Below are positions 63,310-64,000 of a DNA stretch of 64,000 bases, in pieces (the first letter of the stretch is position 1; the number at the start of each line of letters is the position of its first letter). The stretch lies in assembly GCA_963514005.1 (NCBI GenBank), contig OY740795.1, positions 806,001-870,000 of the forward strand, in the 5' to 3' direction. Source of the DNA: Raja brachyura. Taxonomy: Eukaryota. A model generated the notes under the pieces. The model saw nothing but the letters and a program-made list of their open reading frames with translations. It did no database searches and was not told the DNA's origin. The translations under genes and the position numbers were made by a program.

Positions 63310-64000
63310 TACAAAGGTACAAAGGACATTTATTGTCACATACACCAATTGGTGTAGTGAAATCTGTCTTGCCATGCAGCACACAGATAAAGATAAGACA
63401 TAACATTAAAGAATTTAACATAAAACATTAAAAATAAACATCCCCCCACAATCGTTCCCATTATGAGGGAAGGCACAAAGTCCAGACCCCATCCCCAGTT
63501 CACCCATAGTCAGGTCTATTGAGGCCCCAACAGTCGCCGCTATGGGGGCCGATGTTCCAGGCCTTTCTTCGCCGGGTGATGGTGTTCCGGCGACGGGAGA
63601 ACCCTCTCAGCGGCTCAGGGTGCCTGTAACGGCCGATTCCATGCAGGAGACCGCGGCTTCCCACGCAAACAGGCCGCACTGGATGGAGCTCCACAACTGG
63701 TGATCTCGCCGAGAGATCCCAAGCTCCCGATTTAAATTTCAGCTCCGCCGCCCGCGGCTCCGCGATATTCACCTGCGGTCTTCAGCTCACCGGAGCTCCA
63801 GCCCGGCGACCCAGGCAAGGCATCGCCCGCTCTGCGATGGCGCTCCACCGCTGCGCCGCTGCCGAAGCCATGGTTCTGGGCGGTCCCCCGAGGAAATGCC
63901 GCTCCAGCCCGCTGGTAGGCCGCGAGGACGGGTCGACGGTGCAGCCCGGAGAAAGCTGCCTCTCCGACCAGGTAGGGTCCCTAGAAAGCAGTTTTCCCCT
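63310..64000 (-). mobile_element. Interspersed repeat (GC-rich body), related pieces at ~33350-33740 and ~59040-59480
   Basis: Shared tttattgtcacat / taacataaacatcc..caca motifs followed by GC-rich sequence. Family not identified. Confidence 0.5.

Overview
Vertebrate, repeat-rich genomic DNA from a cartilaginous fish; the repeat families suggest a skate or ray, but this is an inference. The window is part of a T-cell receptor alpha/delta V-gene array on the + strand. It contains a truncated NAR-TCR-type V (leader at ~7.53 kb, V exon from 7733, extra FR1 Cys), two leaderless 'supporting' Vdelta-type segments with a CDR1 Cys and 23-RSS (12073-12378 intact; 14050-14356 with a 1-nt frameshift), and a complete conventional TRAV/DV gene (leader 61372-61414, V exon 62612-62921, 23-RSS). 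Interleaved on the - strand are three two-exon GPR139/GPR142-like class A GPCR genes: two intact (325 aa each) and one pseudogene. They sit in duplicated blocks, and their extracellular segments are far more divergent than their intracellular segments or even their non-coding flanks. The rest is mostly CR1-type LINE fragments (several nested or paralog-specific insertions with visible empty sites), Rex1/Babar-like fragments, SINEs, microsatellites, two N gaps and a 4.7-kb degenerate DIRS1-type element with intact ITR/ICR termini.
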